Source: Armatimonadota bacterium (lineage in GTDB: Bacteria; Armatimonadota; UBA10988). From it: a DNA stretch of 64,000 nucleotides. The notes beneath the pieces are model-generated. The model was not told the origin of the DNA, did not search any database, and saw only the letters and a program-made list of their open reading frames with translations. Both the position numbers and the translations under genes were made by a program. Within the stretch, counting starts at the first letter, position 1, and every line of letters begins with the position of its first letter. The stretch spans positions 1-64,000 of the forward strand of contig JACRKZ010000067.1 of NCBI GenBank assembly GCA_016235455.1, read 5' to 3'. This document shows positions 16,226-25,255 of this stretch, piece by piece.

Positions 16226-16951
16226 ATGCTGGCAAGCGACGAACCCATGAGCGTGGAAGCGGCCATCGAGGACGTGCGTCGTGCAGCCATGGGCTGCCTC
16301 GGCTGCAAGCTACACGCACTGCGCACGCAGGTGGTGTTCGGCGTGGGTAATCCGCGCTCACCGCTGGTGCTCGTGGGCCAGTCGCCGGGCGAACAGGAAG
16401 ACCAGACCGGCCTGCCGTTCGTCGGGCCAGCCGGGCAGCTGCTCGGGGAATGCCTGGGCAAGGTGGGTATCCGGCGCGAGCAGGTGTGGATCACCAACAT
16501 CGTCAAGTGCCGGCCCTTCGAGCGCACGTCGTCCGCGCGTGGCAAGAACCGCGACCCGGAACCGGACGAGGTCGAAGCCTGCCAGGCCTGGATCGAGGCC
16601 GAGTTGGCGCTGTTGCGACCCAAGGTCATCGTCTGCATCGGCGCGCCCTCGGCCCAGCTCATCCTTGGCCGGCGCGTGTCGGTCACCAAGGATCGCGGCC
16701 GGTTCTACACCGACCATCGGTTCCGGCCGGCGCAGGTGCTGGCCGTGCTGCACCCAGCCTACATCCTGCGCCACCATGGCGAGGAGCTGGAGGCGCTGCG
16801 GCAGCAACTGGTCGACGACCTGGAGAGCGCCCGGCGCACCACGGCCCGCCTGCTCAAGGAGCCGGCCCCGACCCCGCCGGCGCCGCCCGCGCCGGAGCCC
16901 GAGGCTGAAGCAGCGCCGCGCGAGCAGATGTCGCTGTTTGGTGACGACTAG
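16226..16951 (+). CDS. Uracil-DNA glycosylase, family 4-like (4Fe-4S)
   Basis: CLGCKL, VGQSPGEQED, PFVGPAG, TNIVKCRP, LHPAYIL. Confidence 0.85.
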   Translation: MLASDEPMSVEAAIEDVRRAAMGCLGCKLHALRTQVVFGVGNPRSPLVLVGQSPGEQEDQTGLPFVGPAGQLLGECLGKVGIRREQVWITNIVKCRPFERTSSARGKNRDPEPDEVEACQAWIEAELALLRPKVIVCIGAPSAQLILGRRVSVTKDRGRFYTDHRFRPAQVLAVLHPAYILRHHGEELEALRQQLVDDLESARRTTARLLKEPAPTPPAPPAPEPEAEAAPREQMSLFGDD

Positions 16952-17036
16952 CTAGGGCAAAGAGGATCCGACGGACCGACGGCCAATGTGGAACTGTCGG
17001 CCGCTCGGCAGCGATTGGACCATAAGGGAGACGACT

Positions 17037-17942
17037 GTGGGCATCGGGAAGCGCATCAGCCAGATCATCCGCGCCAACTTCAATGACCTGCTCTCCTCGG
17101 CGGAAGACCCCGAGAAGCAGATGGACCTGGCGTTGACGGACATGCAATCGGCGCTGAAAGAAGCCAAGCAGGTCCTGGTACAGCAGTTGGCCGAGGAGAA
17201 GCGGCTCCAGCGCGAGCTGGACCAGGCCGACGACATGGGCCGCGTGTGGCAGGAGAAGGCGCAGAAGGCCGTGGACGCCGGCGCCGACGACCTGGCCCGC
17301 GAGGCGCTGCGCAAGAAGCGCACCTACGAGGACCTGGCCGCGCAGCTCGACGGCCAGTTGGCCGACCAGCAGAAGGCCGTGGACAACTTGCGCGCCGAGT
17401 ACAAGCTGCTGGAGCAGCGTATCGCCGAGGCCGGCGAGCGCCGCAAGCAGGTCACCCGCGAGCGCTACCGCCGCACCAACGAGCGCGGCGCCGACACCAG
17501 TGTGCGCCGGGTGGACAGCGGCCTGGTGCGCGACCGCAGCGCCTTTGACAAGTTCGAAGAGATGGCCGACAAGGTCGACCGCTTCGAGTCAGAGACCAGC
17601 GCCCGCCAGGAGCTCGAGCAGATGCTGGCCGGCGAGGACAAGCTGGCCGCGCAGATCGACTCGCTCGGCGGTGCGCCGGCGGCGGAGTCCCGAGGCCGTG
17701 GCGAACGCGACCTGACCGTGGACATCGAGCTCGAGGAGATGCGCAAGCGCGCTGGTCGACCGGCGCCGCCGGCCGAGGCGCCCGCTGCCGACGCTGGCCC
17801 GCAGCCGCGCCGCAGCCATCGCCGCGAGTTGGAGAAGCCCGCCGCGGAGGCCGCCCCGCCGGCCGACGCAGCGGCCAAGGACGACGCGGCGGACGAGGGT
17901 GGCGACGAAGCCGGCGGCACGGGCCGCCAGTTGGAGCTGTAG
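17037..17942 (+). CDS. pspA: PspA/IM30 family protein with long disordered tail
   Basis: GIGKRISQIIRANFNDLLSSAEDPEKQM, WQEKAQKAVDAGADDLAREAL, AFDKFEEMADKV; GTG start after GGGAG. Confidence 0.85.
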   Translation: MGIGKRISQIIRANFNDLLSSAEDPEKQMDLALTDMQSALKEAKQVLVQQLAEEKRLQRELDQADDMGRVWQEKAQKAVDAGADDLAREALRKKRTYEDLAAQLDGQLADQQKAVDNLRAEYKLLEQRIAEAGERRKQVTRERYRRTNERGADTSVRRVDSGLVRDRSAFDKFEEMADKVDRFESETSARQELEQMLAGEDKLAAQIDSLGGAPAAESRGRGERDLTVDIELEEMRKRAGRPAPPAEAPAADAGPQPRRSHRRELEKPAAEAAPPADAAAKDDAADEGGDEAGGTGRQLEL

Positions 17943-17948
17943 GCGGCC

Positions 17949-18980
17949 ATGGGTCTGCTACGCGATCTGCAAGCGGCACTGCGCGAGGGGCTGGACGAAC
18001 TGCTCAACGCCAACGCCCAGCGTGACGAGGTGGAGGAGGTCACCAGCCTGCTCGAAACCGACGTCAACGAGGCGCGCTCGGAGTTGAGCCTGGCCATCGC
18101 CGATGAGAAGCGGCTGCGCGCCCGCATCGACCAGGAGAACCGCGACGCCGACCGCTACCGCGAGCAGGCGCAGGCGTCAGTCGACAAGGGCGACGACGAG
18201 GCCGCGCGCGACTACATCAAGCGACGACGCCGCAGTCTGCGTGGCGTCGAGATCCTCGAGCAGCAGTTCGCCGAGCACCAGCAGTTGATCACCATGCTCT
18301 CCGACCATGTCGAGGAGCTGGAGGACAAGCTGCAGGAGGTGCGCCTCAAGCGCGACTTCGTGCGCACCCGGGGCCGCGTGCGCGCGCTCAAGGAACGCTA
18401 CGAGCGCTACCGCCGCGACTTCGGGCTCGATCCCATGCCGCTGGGCGAGGAGTTCGAGCTCGGCGGGCCTGGCGCGCCGGCGCTGCCGCTGGGACCCGGT
18501 CCCGACGGGCCGGCCGACGCGCTGCCCGAGGAGTTCGAGGCCGAGCCGCGTGCTCCTCGCGCGTCGCGGCGCGCGCCGGGCGAGGAGCCCAGCGCCGAGA
18601 CCGCGCCGGAGCCGCTGAGCGGCCTGGGCGAGGTGCCGCGGCCCGAGGCTCACGACGAGCCGGTGCTGCGCCGCCGCAATGGCCACGAGCCCGAGCCTGA
18701 CGAGCCGGCGCCCTGGGACCGGCCGCCGCGCGATATGCGCCAGATGCGCGAGCACCTGCTCAACCAGATCGAACGCAAGCAGCGTAGCGCCGAGTTCGAG
18801 GCCGCGCTCGACGCTGAGCTGGCCCAGATGAAGGGTGGGACGGCCAGCCCACCACCGGCCGAAGCGGAGCCGGCACGCCGGCCCGAGCCGGCGGTGCAGG
18901 GCCCGCGACCCACGGCCGAAGACGAGGACGAGGACGAGGCTGCCGATGACCGCGCCGATCAACCTGGAGCCGGTGCTTGA
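17949..18980 (+). CDS. Second, divergent PspA/IM30 family protein
   Basis: ELSLAIADEKRL..YREQAQASVDKGDDEAARDYI..LEDKLQEVRLKRD coiled coil; Pro/Glu-rich linker; LDAELAQMK. Confidence 0.75.
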   Translation: MGLLRDLQAALREGLDELLNANAQRDEVEEVTSLLETDVNEARSELSLAIADEKRLRARIDQENRDADRYREQAQASVDKGDDEAARDYIKRRRRSLRGVEILEQQFAEHQQLITMLSDHVEELEDKLQEVRLKRDFVRTRGRVRALKERYERYRRDFGLDPMPLGEEFELGGPGAPALPLGPGPDGPADALPEEFEAEPRAPRASRRAPGEEPSAETAPEPLSGLGEVPRPEAHDEPVLRRRNGHEPEPDEPAPWDRPPRDMRQMREHLLNQIERKQRSAEFEAALDAELAQMKGGTASPPPAEAEPARRPEPAVQGPRPTAEDEDEDEAADDRADQPGAGA

Positions 18981-20124
18981 CTTCTTCTCCGGCGACCCGT
19001 TCGACGCGGCCGTCGCCCGCATCACACGGCGACTGACCGTCGATGCGGCCGCGCTCCGGCTGCTGCGCCGCGCCGCCAGTCGGCGTGAGGCGCGCGCCAC
19101 GGCGACCTATGCCTGGGCCATCGGCGCGCGCACCGGCAGCGAAGCACTCAACAGTCCGGTGGCCATGGCCGACATCGCCGCCGAGGCCGCCGATCTGGCG
19201 CCCGACGACCCGGCGGTGCAGGTCTGCCTCGGCCTGGCCCACGCCGGCGCCTTCGGCGGCCGGCGCGCAACGCCGCTCACCGCGCGGCGCGCCTTCCACC
19301 AGGCCGCCCGGCTCAACCCCGACAACGCCGTGCCCCACCTGTTCTCGGCCGCCGCGCGCTTTGGCACCAACGACGAGGCCGGCGCCAACAAGGCGGTCGC
19401 CGCCGCGCTGGCCGCCACGGCCTTCACACCCTACCGCTCGCCGTTGGCCGCGGAGTTGCTGGCCGAGGCGCCGTGGCTGGGCTGGCCCCTGGTACAGCTC
19501 TGGCCCGAACGCGCCGACGGCGCCATCCGCTTCGCCACCGACAGCCTGCTGCACATCCGCCGGCGCTTGGACGTGCTGCGCCTCGCGCGCGGCATGGTCG
19601 CCAGCGGACCAGCGCGCTCGGGCAACGTGATGCACGGCCTCGGCCTCACCGGCCGCACGCTGGCCGCCATGGTCCGCGCCGACAACGATCCGCTGGCCGC
19701 CAAGGCCCAGCCGCAGATCGCCGCGCTCGCCGCGCGGGTGGTCGAGGAGCAGCGCGGACTGGCCAAGCGCTTCGAAGACGCCGCGGGCGGCCTGCTCAAA
19801 GCCGCCGGCGGTGGCGCCGGCGCCGGCGTGGTGACCAGCCTGTTGGGTCTGGTGCGCAGCCGCCGCCGCTGGCCGCCGCCCATCCCGCTGGTTTCGGCCC
19901 TGCCAGGAAGCCTGGCACTGCCGGGCTCCCTGGCCCTGCCAGGCCGCACCATCGGCCTGGCCGGCACGCTCATGACGCTGGGCTCCGCTGGCCTCGCGCT
20001 GGTGGAGAACGGCGCGGCGCGCGCTCGCCGCCGCGCGGTGGAAGCCGAACTGTTGGCCGACGAGGAAGCCGCCATGGCGCAGGTCGTGGAGGCCTATCAG
20101 TCCATCATCGCACCGCTGCTCTAG
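18946..20124 (+). CDS. Hypothetical helical (TPR-like) protein with hydrophobic C-terminal segments
   Basis: Overlaps the upstream stop; AADLAPDDPAVQVCLG and AARLNPDNAVPHL TPR-like turns; LPGSLA micro-repeat. Confidence 0.55.
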   Translation: MTAPINLEPVLDFFSGDPFDAAVARITRRLTVDAAALRLLRRAASRREARATATYAWAIGARTGSEALNSPVAMADIAAEAADLAPDDPAVQVCLGLAHAGAFGGRRATPLTARRAFHQAARLNPDNAVPHLFSAAARFGTNDEAGANKAVAAALAATAFTPYRSPLAAELLAEAPWLGWPLVQLWPERADGAIRFATDSLLHIRRRLDVLRLARGMVASGPARSGNVMHGLGLTGRTLAAMVRADNDPLAAKAQPQIAALAARVVEEQRGLAKRFEDAAGGLLKAAGGGAGAGVVTSLLGLVRSRRRWPPPIPLVSALPGSLALPGSLALPGRTIGLAGTLMTLGSAGLALVENGAARARRRAVEAELLADEEAAMAQVVEAYQSIIAPLL

Positions 20125-20138
20125 CTCGGGGAATCGCC

Positions 20139-21419
20139 ATGGCCGAACACCGCTACGAGCCCAACTGGGCTTCGCTCGACGCACGACCCTGCCCGCCTTG
20201 GTACGACGACGCCAAGCTCGGCATCTTCATCCACTGGGGTGTCTACTCCGTACCCGCTTGGGGGCCCAAGGGCGCCTATGCCGAGTGGTACTGGGACCAG
20301 TGGCAGAACAGCGTCGGCGAGACGCGCGCCTTCCACGACCGCACCTACGGCGCCGATTTCAGCTATCAGGACTTCGCGCCCCAGTGGACCGCCGAGTTGT
20401 TCGACGCCGAGCGCTGGGCCGATATCTTCGCCGCGTCGGGCGCGCGCTACGTCACGCTGACCAGCAAGCACCACGACGGCTTCTGCCTGTGGCCCAGCGC
20501 CCAGAGCTGGAACTGGAACAGCGTCGACGTCGGCCCCAAGCGCGATCTGGTCGGCGAAGTCTGCGCCGCCGTCCGCGCCAAGGGCCTGCGCGCCGGGCTC
20601 TACTACTCGCTGTACGAGTGGTACCGGCCGCTGTATCTCCAGGATCCCGAGCAGTATGCGCTGACCCACATGATCCCCCAACTGCGCGACATCGTCACGC
20701 GCTATGAGCCGTCGCTGCTGTTCACCGACGGTGAGTGGGCGCACCCCAGCGAGACCTGGCACTCGACCGAATTCCTGGCCTGGCTGTTCAACGACTCGCC
20801 GGTGGCCGACGAGATCGCCATCTGCGACCGCTGGGGCAGCGAGACGCGCAGTGTCCATGGCGGCTACTACACTACCGAGTATGGCGAGGTGGGCGGCGGC
20901 AAGGAGCTGTCGGCCGGCCGCAAGTTCGAGGAGAACCGCTCGATCGGCGCGTCGTTCGGCTTCAACCGCAATGAGGAGCTGGCCGACTACCTGAGCGAGC
21001 AGGCGCTCATCCACCTGCTGATCGACACGGTCAGCCGCGGCGGCAACCTGATGGTCAACGTTGGCCCCACCGCCGACGGCCGCATCCCCGTCATCTGCGA
21101 GGAACGTCTGCGCCAGCTCGGCGGCTGGCTGGCGATCAACGGCGAGGCCATCTACGGCACCCAGCCCGGCGGACCGGCCCAAGGCGACCTGCGCTTCACG
21201 CGCCGTGGCGACACGCTGTATGCCATTAGCCTGCGCTGGCCGGGGCCGGAGCTGTGCTTCGACGCGCCGGGCATCTCCGGGCCGGTGGAAGCGCGGTTGC
21301 TCGGCTGCGATGCGCCGCTGAGCTGCACGGTCGCCGATGGGCGCGTGCGGGTGAGTGTGCCGGCGCTGTCGGTGGATGAGGTCGTGGGTCGGTGTGCGTG
21401 GGTGGTGAAGGTGGGCTGA
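20139..21419 (+). CDS. Alpha-L-fucosidase (GH29)
   Basis: WYDDAKLGIFIHWGVYSVP, YAEWY, LTSKHHDGFCLWPS, GLYYSLYEW, VSRGGNLMVNVGP, NGEAIYGT. Confidence 0.93.
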   Translation: MAEHRYEPNWASLDARPCPPWYDDAKLGIFIHWGVYSVPAWGPKGAYAEWYWDQWQNSVGETRAFHDRTYGADFSYQDFAPQWTAELFDAERWADIFAASGARYVTLTSKHHDGFCLWPSAQSWNWNSVDVGPKRDLVGEVCAAVRAKGLRAGLYYSLYEWYRPLYLQDPEQYALTHMIPQLRDIVTRYEPSLLFTDGEWAHPSETWHSTEFLAWLFNDSPVADEIAICDRWGSETRSVHGGYYTTEYGEVGGGKELSAGRKFEENRSIGASFGFNRNEELADYLSEQALIHLLIDTVSRGGNLMVNVGPTADGRIPVICEERLRQLGGWLAINGEAIYGTQPGGPAQGDLRFTRRGDTLYAISLRWPGPELCFDAPGISGPVEARLLGCDAPLSCTVADGRVRVSVPALSVDEVVGRCAWVVKVG

Positions 21420-21433
21420 GCGAGCGCGCCGTG

Positions 21434-21460
21434 CGAGGCGCTGTCAGCGCCTCGTTGGTT
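21434..21460 (+). terminator. Possible intrinsic terminator
   Basis: CGAGGCGCT-gtc-AGCGCCTCG followed by TTGGTT. Confidence 0.4.
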
Positions 21461-21790
21461 GTACCGGCTTCAGCCAAATGACGCTTCCACTCAGGATCAG
21501 CTTCGCCAGGGCCGGTACGCCAATCTCCAGATTGGCATCGGCCGGAGGCGAAGCCGCAGGTCGACATCGCTGCGGACCGGTGGCAAACGGTGGTCCTGCG
21601 GACCACTGCCAATCTGGAGATGCAGCCAGCTCTGCTCGTTCAGCGTACCGGCGTCGGCATTGCCGGTCATCGGCGCGGGAGTCTGCCACCGCGGAGTGGA
21701 GGCGCCATTCGGCTTCAGCCGGCTCGCCAACCGTCGCGCCGCTGCTCGGCAATGGCTCGATGTGTTGGGAAGCCGGCTGAAGCCGGTTCA
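21461..21790. repeat. Cluster of nested REP-like palindromes (two families)
   Basis: GTACCGGCTTCAGCC (21461), CGGCTTCAGCCGGCT (21710), AGCCGGCTGAAGCCGG (21771); GGTACGCCAATCTCCAGATTGGC (21514) and inverted GCCAATCTGGAGAT (21608). Confidence 0.7.
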
Positions 21791-21814
21791 TCGAACGGTC
21801 AGGACGGCGCTCGT

Positions 21815-22437
21815 CTAGCCGGTCGTCGCGTCGGACACGGCTCGCGCGACCTCGCCCAACCACCCCCGCCGCTCTGCCGCCGAACTCGTCACCACCACGC
21901 GGAACACCTCGCGCCGCACGTCGCTCACCCCGCACAGGCCAAACACGCAATCGCGCCAGATGCGCTCCAGCGGGTCGCCGAAGACCGTCTGCTCGCGTGT
22001 CGCCTCGGTGTTGGACGTAGTGAAGACCAGCGCCCAGCGCGCCCGCAGCAGCCCGCGCGGCACGCCTTCGCCGCTGTCGCCCTCGACGAACTCGTAGGCC
22101 ACGCCGGGCCGCACCACGCGGTCCGCCCAGCCGGCGAGAATGGCCGGCGGCATACCCCACCAGTTGGGATGGACGATGATGATGCCGTCGGCGCTGGCCA
22201 GGTCAGCGCAGTGGGTGGCGATATCGGGCGGCAGGTCGGCGCCGCGGGGGATCTCGCCGGCCGGCAGCAGCGGGTCGAAGCCCTCGGCGTGGAGGTCGTG
22301 GTAGACCACCTCGTGACCGAGGGCTGTCAGCGTCTCGCGGCAGGTCGCGGCGATGGCGTCGTCTCGCGGCAGGTCGCGGCGATGGCGTGGTTGAAGCTGG
22401 CCGGGTCGGGATGGGCCAGGATCAGCAGGACGTTCAT
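21815..22437 (-). pseudogene. NAD(P)H-dependent oxidoreductase (flavodoxin-2 fold), frameshifted by a 29-bp tandem duplication
   Basis: MNVLLILAHPDPASFNHAIAA in one frame; DLHAEGFDP and HPNWWGMPPAILAGWADRV in another; exact repeat 22331-22359 and 22360-22388. Confidence 0.85.
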
Positions 22438-22463
22438 CGCTCACCGCCTACGGGCCGCAGGGC

Positions 22464-23243
22464 CTACCGATGCTGCGCTAACAGCCAGTCCCACAGGCCG
22501 GCGGTCCGGAAGGTCGGGTTCCAGGCGTCATGCCCCACCCCGGCGCATTCGGTGTACTTGGGGTCGCCGCCGGCCGCCTTGAGCGCGGCGATCATGTCGC
22601 GCGAGCCTTGGGGCGGCACCACGCCGTCCTTGTCACCGTGGAAGGCCCAGACCGGGATCTTGGCCATGGCCGCCGCGCGCGACGGGTCGCCCGAGCCGCA
22701 GACAGGAATGCCCGCGGCCCACATCTCGGGCTGCCGGCCGAGCAGGTCCCAGGTGCCGTAACCGCCCATGGACAAGCCCACCACGTAGCGCCGTGTGGCG
22801 TCGACCTTGAACTCTTTCTCGACCGCGGTCAGCGCACCGAGCACCATGGTCAGCTCGGGCGTGATGGCCACCTTCTCCTGCGAATAGGAGCCGTGGTTCC
22901 AGTCCACATCGACCCAGCGCTTGGGGCCGGGGCATTGGGGCGCCAGCACGAAGCAGGGGTACTTGGTGCGCTGGGGCTCGTTGGCCAGTTGGCGCAGGCC
23001 CTCGATCTGGTCGGTCATCTGGCCGCTGTTGTTGTCGCCCCGACCGCCCGCGCCGTGCAGCCAGAGCACCAGCGGGTAGGCCTTGGCCGGGTCGTAGTCA
23101 GCCGGCTTGAGCAGGCGGTAGAGCAGCTTGCCACCACCCTCGGCCCGGAACTCGCGCGCCTCGGAGGCGGCCACCGGATCGACGGTGGTCTGGGCCGCCA
23201 CGGCGGCCGGCAACAACAGCAGCATCCAGGACAGGGCTTTCAT
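22464..23243 (-). CDS. Secreted alpha/beta-hydrolase (predicted peptidase/esterase)
   Basis: Signal peptide MKALSWMLLLLPAAVAA; YPLVLWLHGAGGRG, APQCP, GLSMGG, WAFHGDKD, GHDAW. Confidence 0.85.
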   Translation of the reverse strand: MKALSWMLLLLPAAVAAQTTVDPVAASEAREFRAEGGGKLLYRLLKPADYDPAKAYPLVLWLHGAGGRGDNNSGQMTDQIEGLRQLANEPQRTKYPCFVLAPQCPGPKRWVDVDWNHGSYSQEKVAITPELTMVLGALTAVEKEFKVDATRRYVVGLSMGGYGTWDLLGRQPEMWAAGIPVCGSGDPSRAAAMAKIPVWAFHGDKDGVVPPQGSRDMIAALKAAGGDPKYTECAGVGHDAWNPTFRTAGLWDWLLAQHR

Positions 23244-23245
23244 GG

Positions 23246-23812
23246 CTAGATCCTTCGTCGCAGGGCATAGTATGCCAGAAGCGGCACCTCGCGCAGTCCA
23301 CCTTTGAGGCGCGTCTGCCAGCGCACCCAGCTGCCCGCGCCGTCGGCCGCGGCAAAGTAGCGACGGAACACGCGCTCGCAGCGGAAGACGTGGTAGTAGT
23401 CGGTGACGACCACCACGCGCACGCGGCCGAGCACCGCCGCCGCCTCGCGCGCGTTGCCCTCGGTGCTGGTGGAGCGCTGCTCGACGAGGATGGCGTCGTC
23501 CGGCACGCCGAGCTGCCGGGCCAGGTTGGCGGCCACCACCGATTCGGCGGGCGGCACCGTGCCCACGCCCCCGGTGAAGACCAGTCTGGGCGCCACGCCG
23601 CGCCGCCACAGGTCCACGCCGCGGCGCGTACGCATGGCCAGCGCCGGCGACGGCACGCCGCCCGGCCAGACCCGGCAGCCGGCCACGATGATCGCGTCGT
23701 AGCGCCCCGCCTTGACCGGACGGTGCCCGTAGCTATCCAGTGCCGCCGCCGCGGCCAGCCATGCGGCCAGGCCCAGGCCGGCCAGCAGCCCGGCTCGGCG
23801 GCGGTTGGTCAT
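23246..23812 (-). CDS. YdcF/DUF218 family protein
   Basis: DAIIVAG, FTGGVG, EQRSTSTEGNA, VVTDYYH. Confidence 0.85.
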   Translation of the reverse strand: MTNRRRAGLLAGLGLAAWLAAAAALDSYGHRPVKAGRYDAIIVAGCRVWPGGVPSPALAMRTRRGVDLWRRGVAPRLVFTGGVGTVPPAESVVAANLARQLGVPDDAILVEQRSTSTEGNAREAAAVLGRVRVVVVTDYYHVFRCERVFRRYFAAADGAGSWVRWQTRLKGGLREVPLLAYYALRRRI

Positions 23813-25254
23813 TTGGTCTTGTCAGCCGCGGCTTTGTCCGCTGCGGCCTTGTCAGCCGCCGCCTTCTCGGCCGCCTTGGTGGCCGCGGACTTGACCGCCG
23901 GCGGCTTGTTGCCCGCGGGCTCGGCCTGACCCAGGCCCCACAGCTCGCGGACGGTGTTGGGCATGTCGGTGTTGTCCAGATAGCGGCCGCGCACCGGGTC
24001 GTTCAGCACGGCCATCTGGGCCAGCCGGTCTGCGCCCACGCCGCGCGCGGCAAAGGGCAGCAGGCTGTTGGTGTGGCTCTTGTAGTTCCATTCGGCATTG
24101 GGCAGTTGGCCCTTGCCGTTGCCGGTCAGGCGCGTGCCCGCGTTGGGCTTGCCACCCTCGGGCTTGGGCGCGCACAGGTAGCCGGTTTCGTGGTCGCCAG
24201 TCACGATGACCAGGTTCTGCTCCCAGCCGCCGTGCGCCTCAACCCACTTCACGACCGCTTCCGCTGCCTGGTTGAACTCGGTCTCTTCTTCCACCGAGCG
24301 GTCCAGCAGGTTGGAGTGCCCGGCCCAGTCGATGGCGCCGCCCTCGATCATCAGGAAGAAGCCATCGGGATCGGCGCTGAGCACGTTGAGCGCGCCCTGG
24401 GCCATGACGCCAAGCGTGGGCACGTTGTCGTTGCGCGGCGCGCCCTTGGCGCGCCCTTCCTGCAGGGTCGTGGCCACCTGCGGCACACCGAACAGGCGCT
24501 TGGCGCGGAGGTTGCCGCTGGCCAGGTCCTCGAACTGCTGCTTGCTCTCGATCAAGGTCCAGGGATCGGGCTTGCCGTCGGCATCGGCATCGCCGCCGGC
24601 GCGGCCGGCGCGGAGCTGCGCCCAGGTCTTGTCGCCGCCGACGTACTGGTAGTCGGGCTTCTCGCGCGTCTTGCCGTTGTCGTCAAACAGGGGGCTGCCG
24701 GCGCCCATGACCACATCGGCGGCGCTCTCGTCGATCATCTCGCGGGCGATCTCGGCGTAACTGCCGCGGCCCGCGTTGTGCGCCAGGAAGCCCGCCGGCG
24801 TGGCGTGGCTGAGCGGCACGCTGGTGATCACGCCGGACGCCTTGCCCAGCTTCTCAGCCACCTGGCAGAGGTTGACCAGCGGCTTCTTGTCCAGGCCGAC
24901 GCCGATGGCGCCGTTGTACGTCTTGGTGCCGGTGGCCATGGCCGTGGCCGACGCGGCGGAGTCGGTCGAGTTCTGCTTGGCGTACTCGGCGTCCGCCCAG
25001 AACCGGGTCGGGTCGTAGCCCGTGCCGTCGGCCGAGTAGGTGCTCATGGCCAGCCTGGTCCAGCCCGACTGCCGATAGACCTCGCGGTCGAGCGCGCCGT
25101 TGGCCCACAGGCCAGCGGCGTCGATCTGGTTGAAGCCGCAGCCGTCGCTGATCATGATGATCACGTTCTTCGGTCGCGTCTGCCCGCTGGCCAACGAGGC
25201 CAGGAGAACCGCCAACAGGGCCGGCAGGGCCACGCGGGTACGTCGGGTCATCAT
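23809..25254 (-). CDS. Alkaline phosphatase
   Basis: KNVIIMISDG, TDSAASATAMATG, SHATPAGF, FFLMIEGGAIDWAGH, VTGDHETG; signal peptide. Confidence 0.92.
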   Translation of the reverse strand: MMTRRTRVALPALLAVLLASLASGQTRPKNVIIMISDGCGFNQIDAAGLWANGALDREVYRQSGWTRLAMSTYSADGTGYDPTRFWADAEYAKQNSTDSAASATAMATGTKTYNGAIGVGLDKKPLVNLCQVAEKLGKASGVITSVPLSHATPAGFLAHNAGRGSYAEIAREMIDESAADVVMGAGSPLFDDNGKTREKPDYQYVGGDKTWAQLRAGRAGGDADADGKPDPWTLIESKQQFEDLASGNLRAKRLFGVPQVATTLQEGRAKGAPRNDNVPTLGVMAQGALNVLSADPDGFFLMIEGGAIDWAGHSNLLDRSVEEETEFNQAAEAVVKWVEAHGGWEQNLVIVTGDHETGYLCAPKPEGGKPNAGTRLTGNGKGQLPNAEWNYKSHTNSLLPFAARGVGADRLAQMAVLNDPVRGRYLDNTDMPNTVRELWGLGQAEPAGNKPPAVKSAATKAAEKAAADKAAADKAAADKTK

Positions 25255-25255
25255 C

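Noticed and set aside
21444-21818. Short ORFs across the REP-like cluster
   Set aside because: Better explained as non-coding palindromic repeats between convergent genes.
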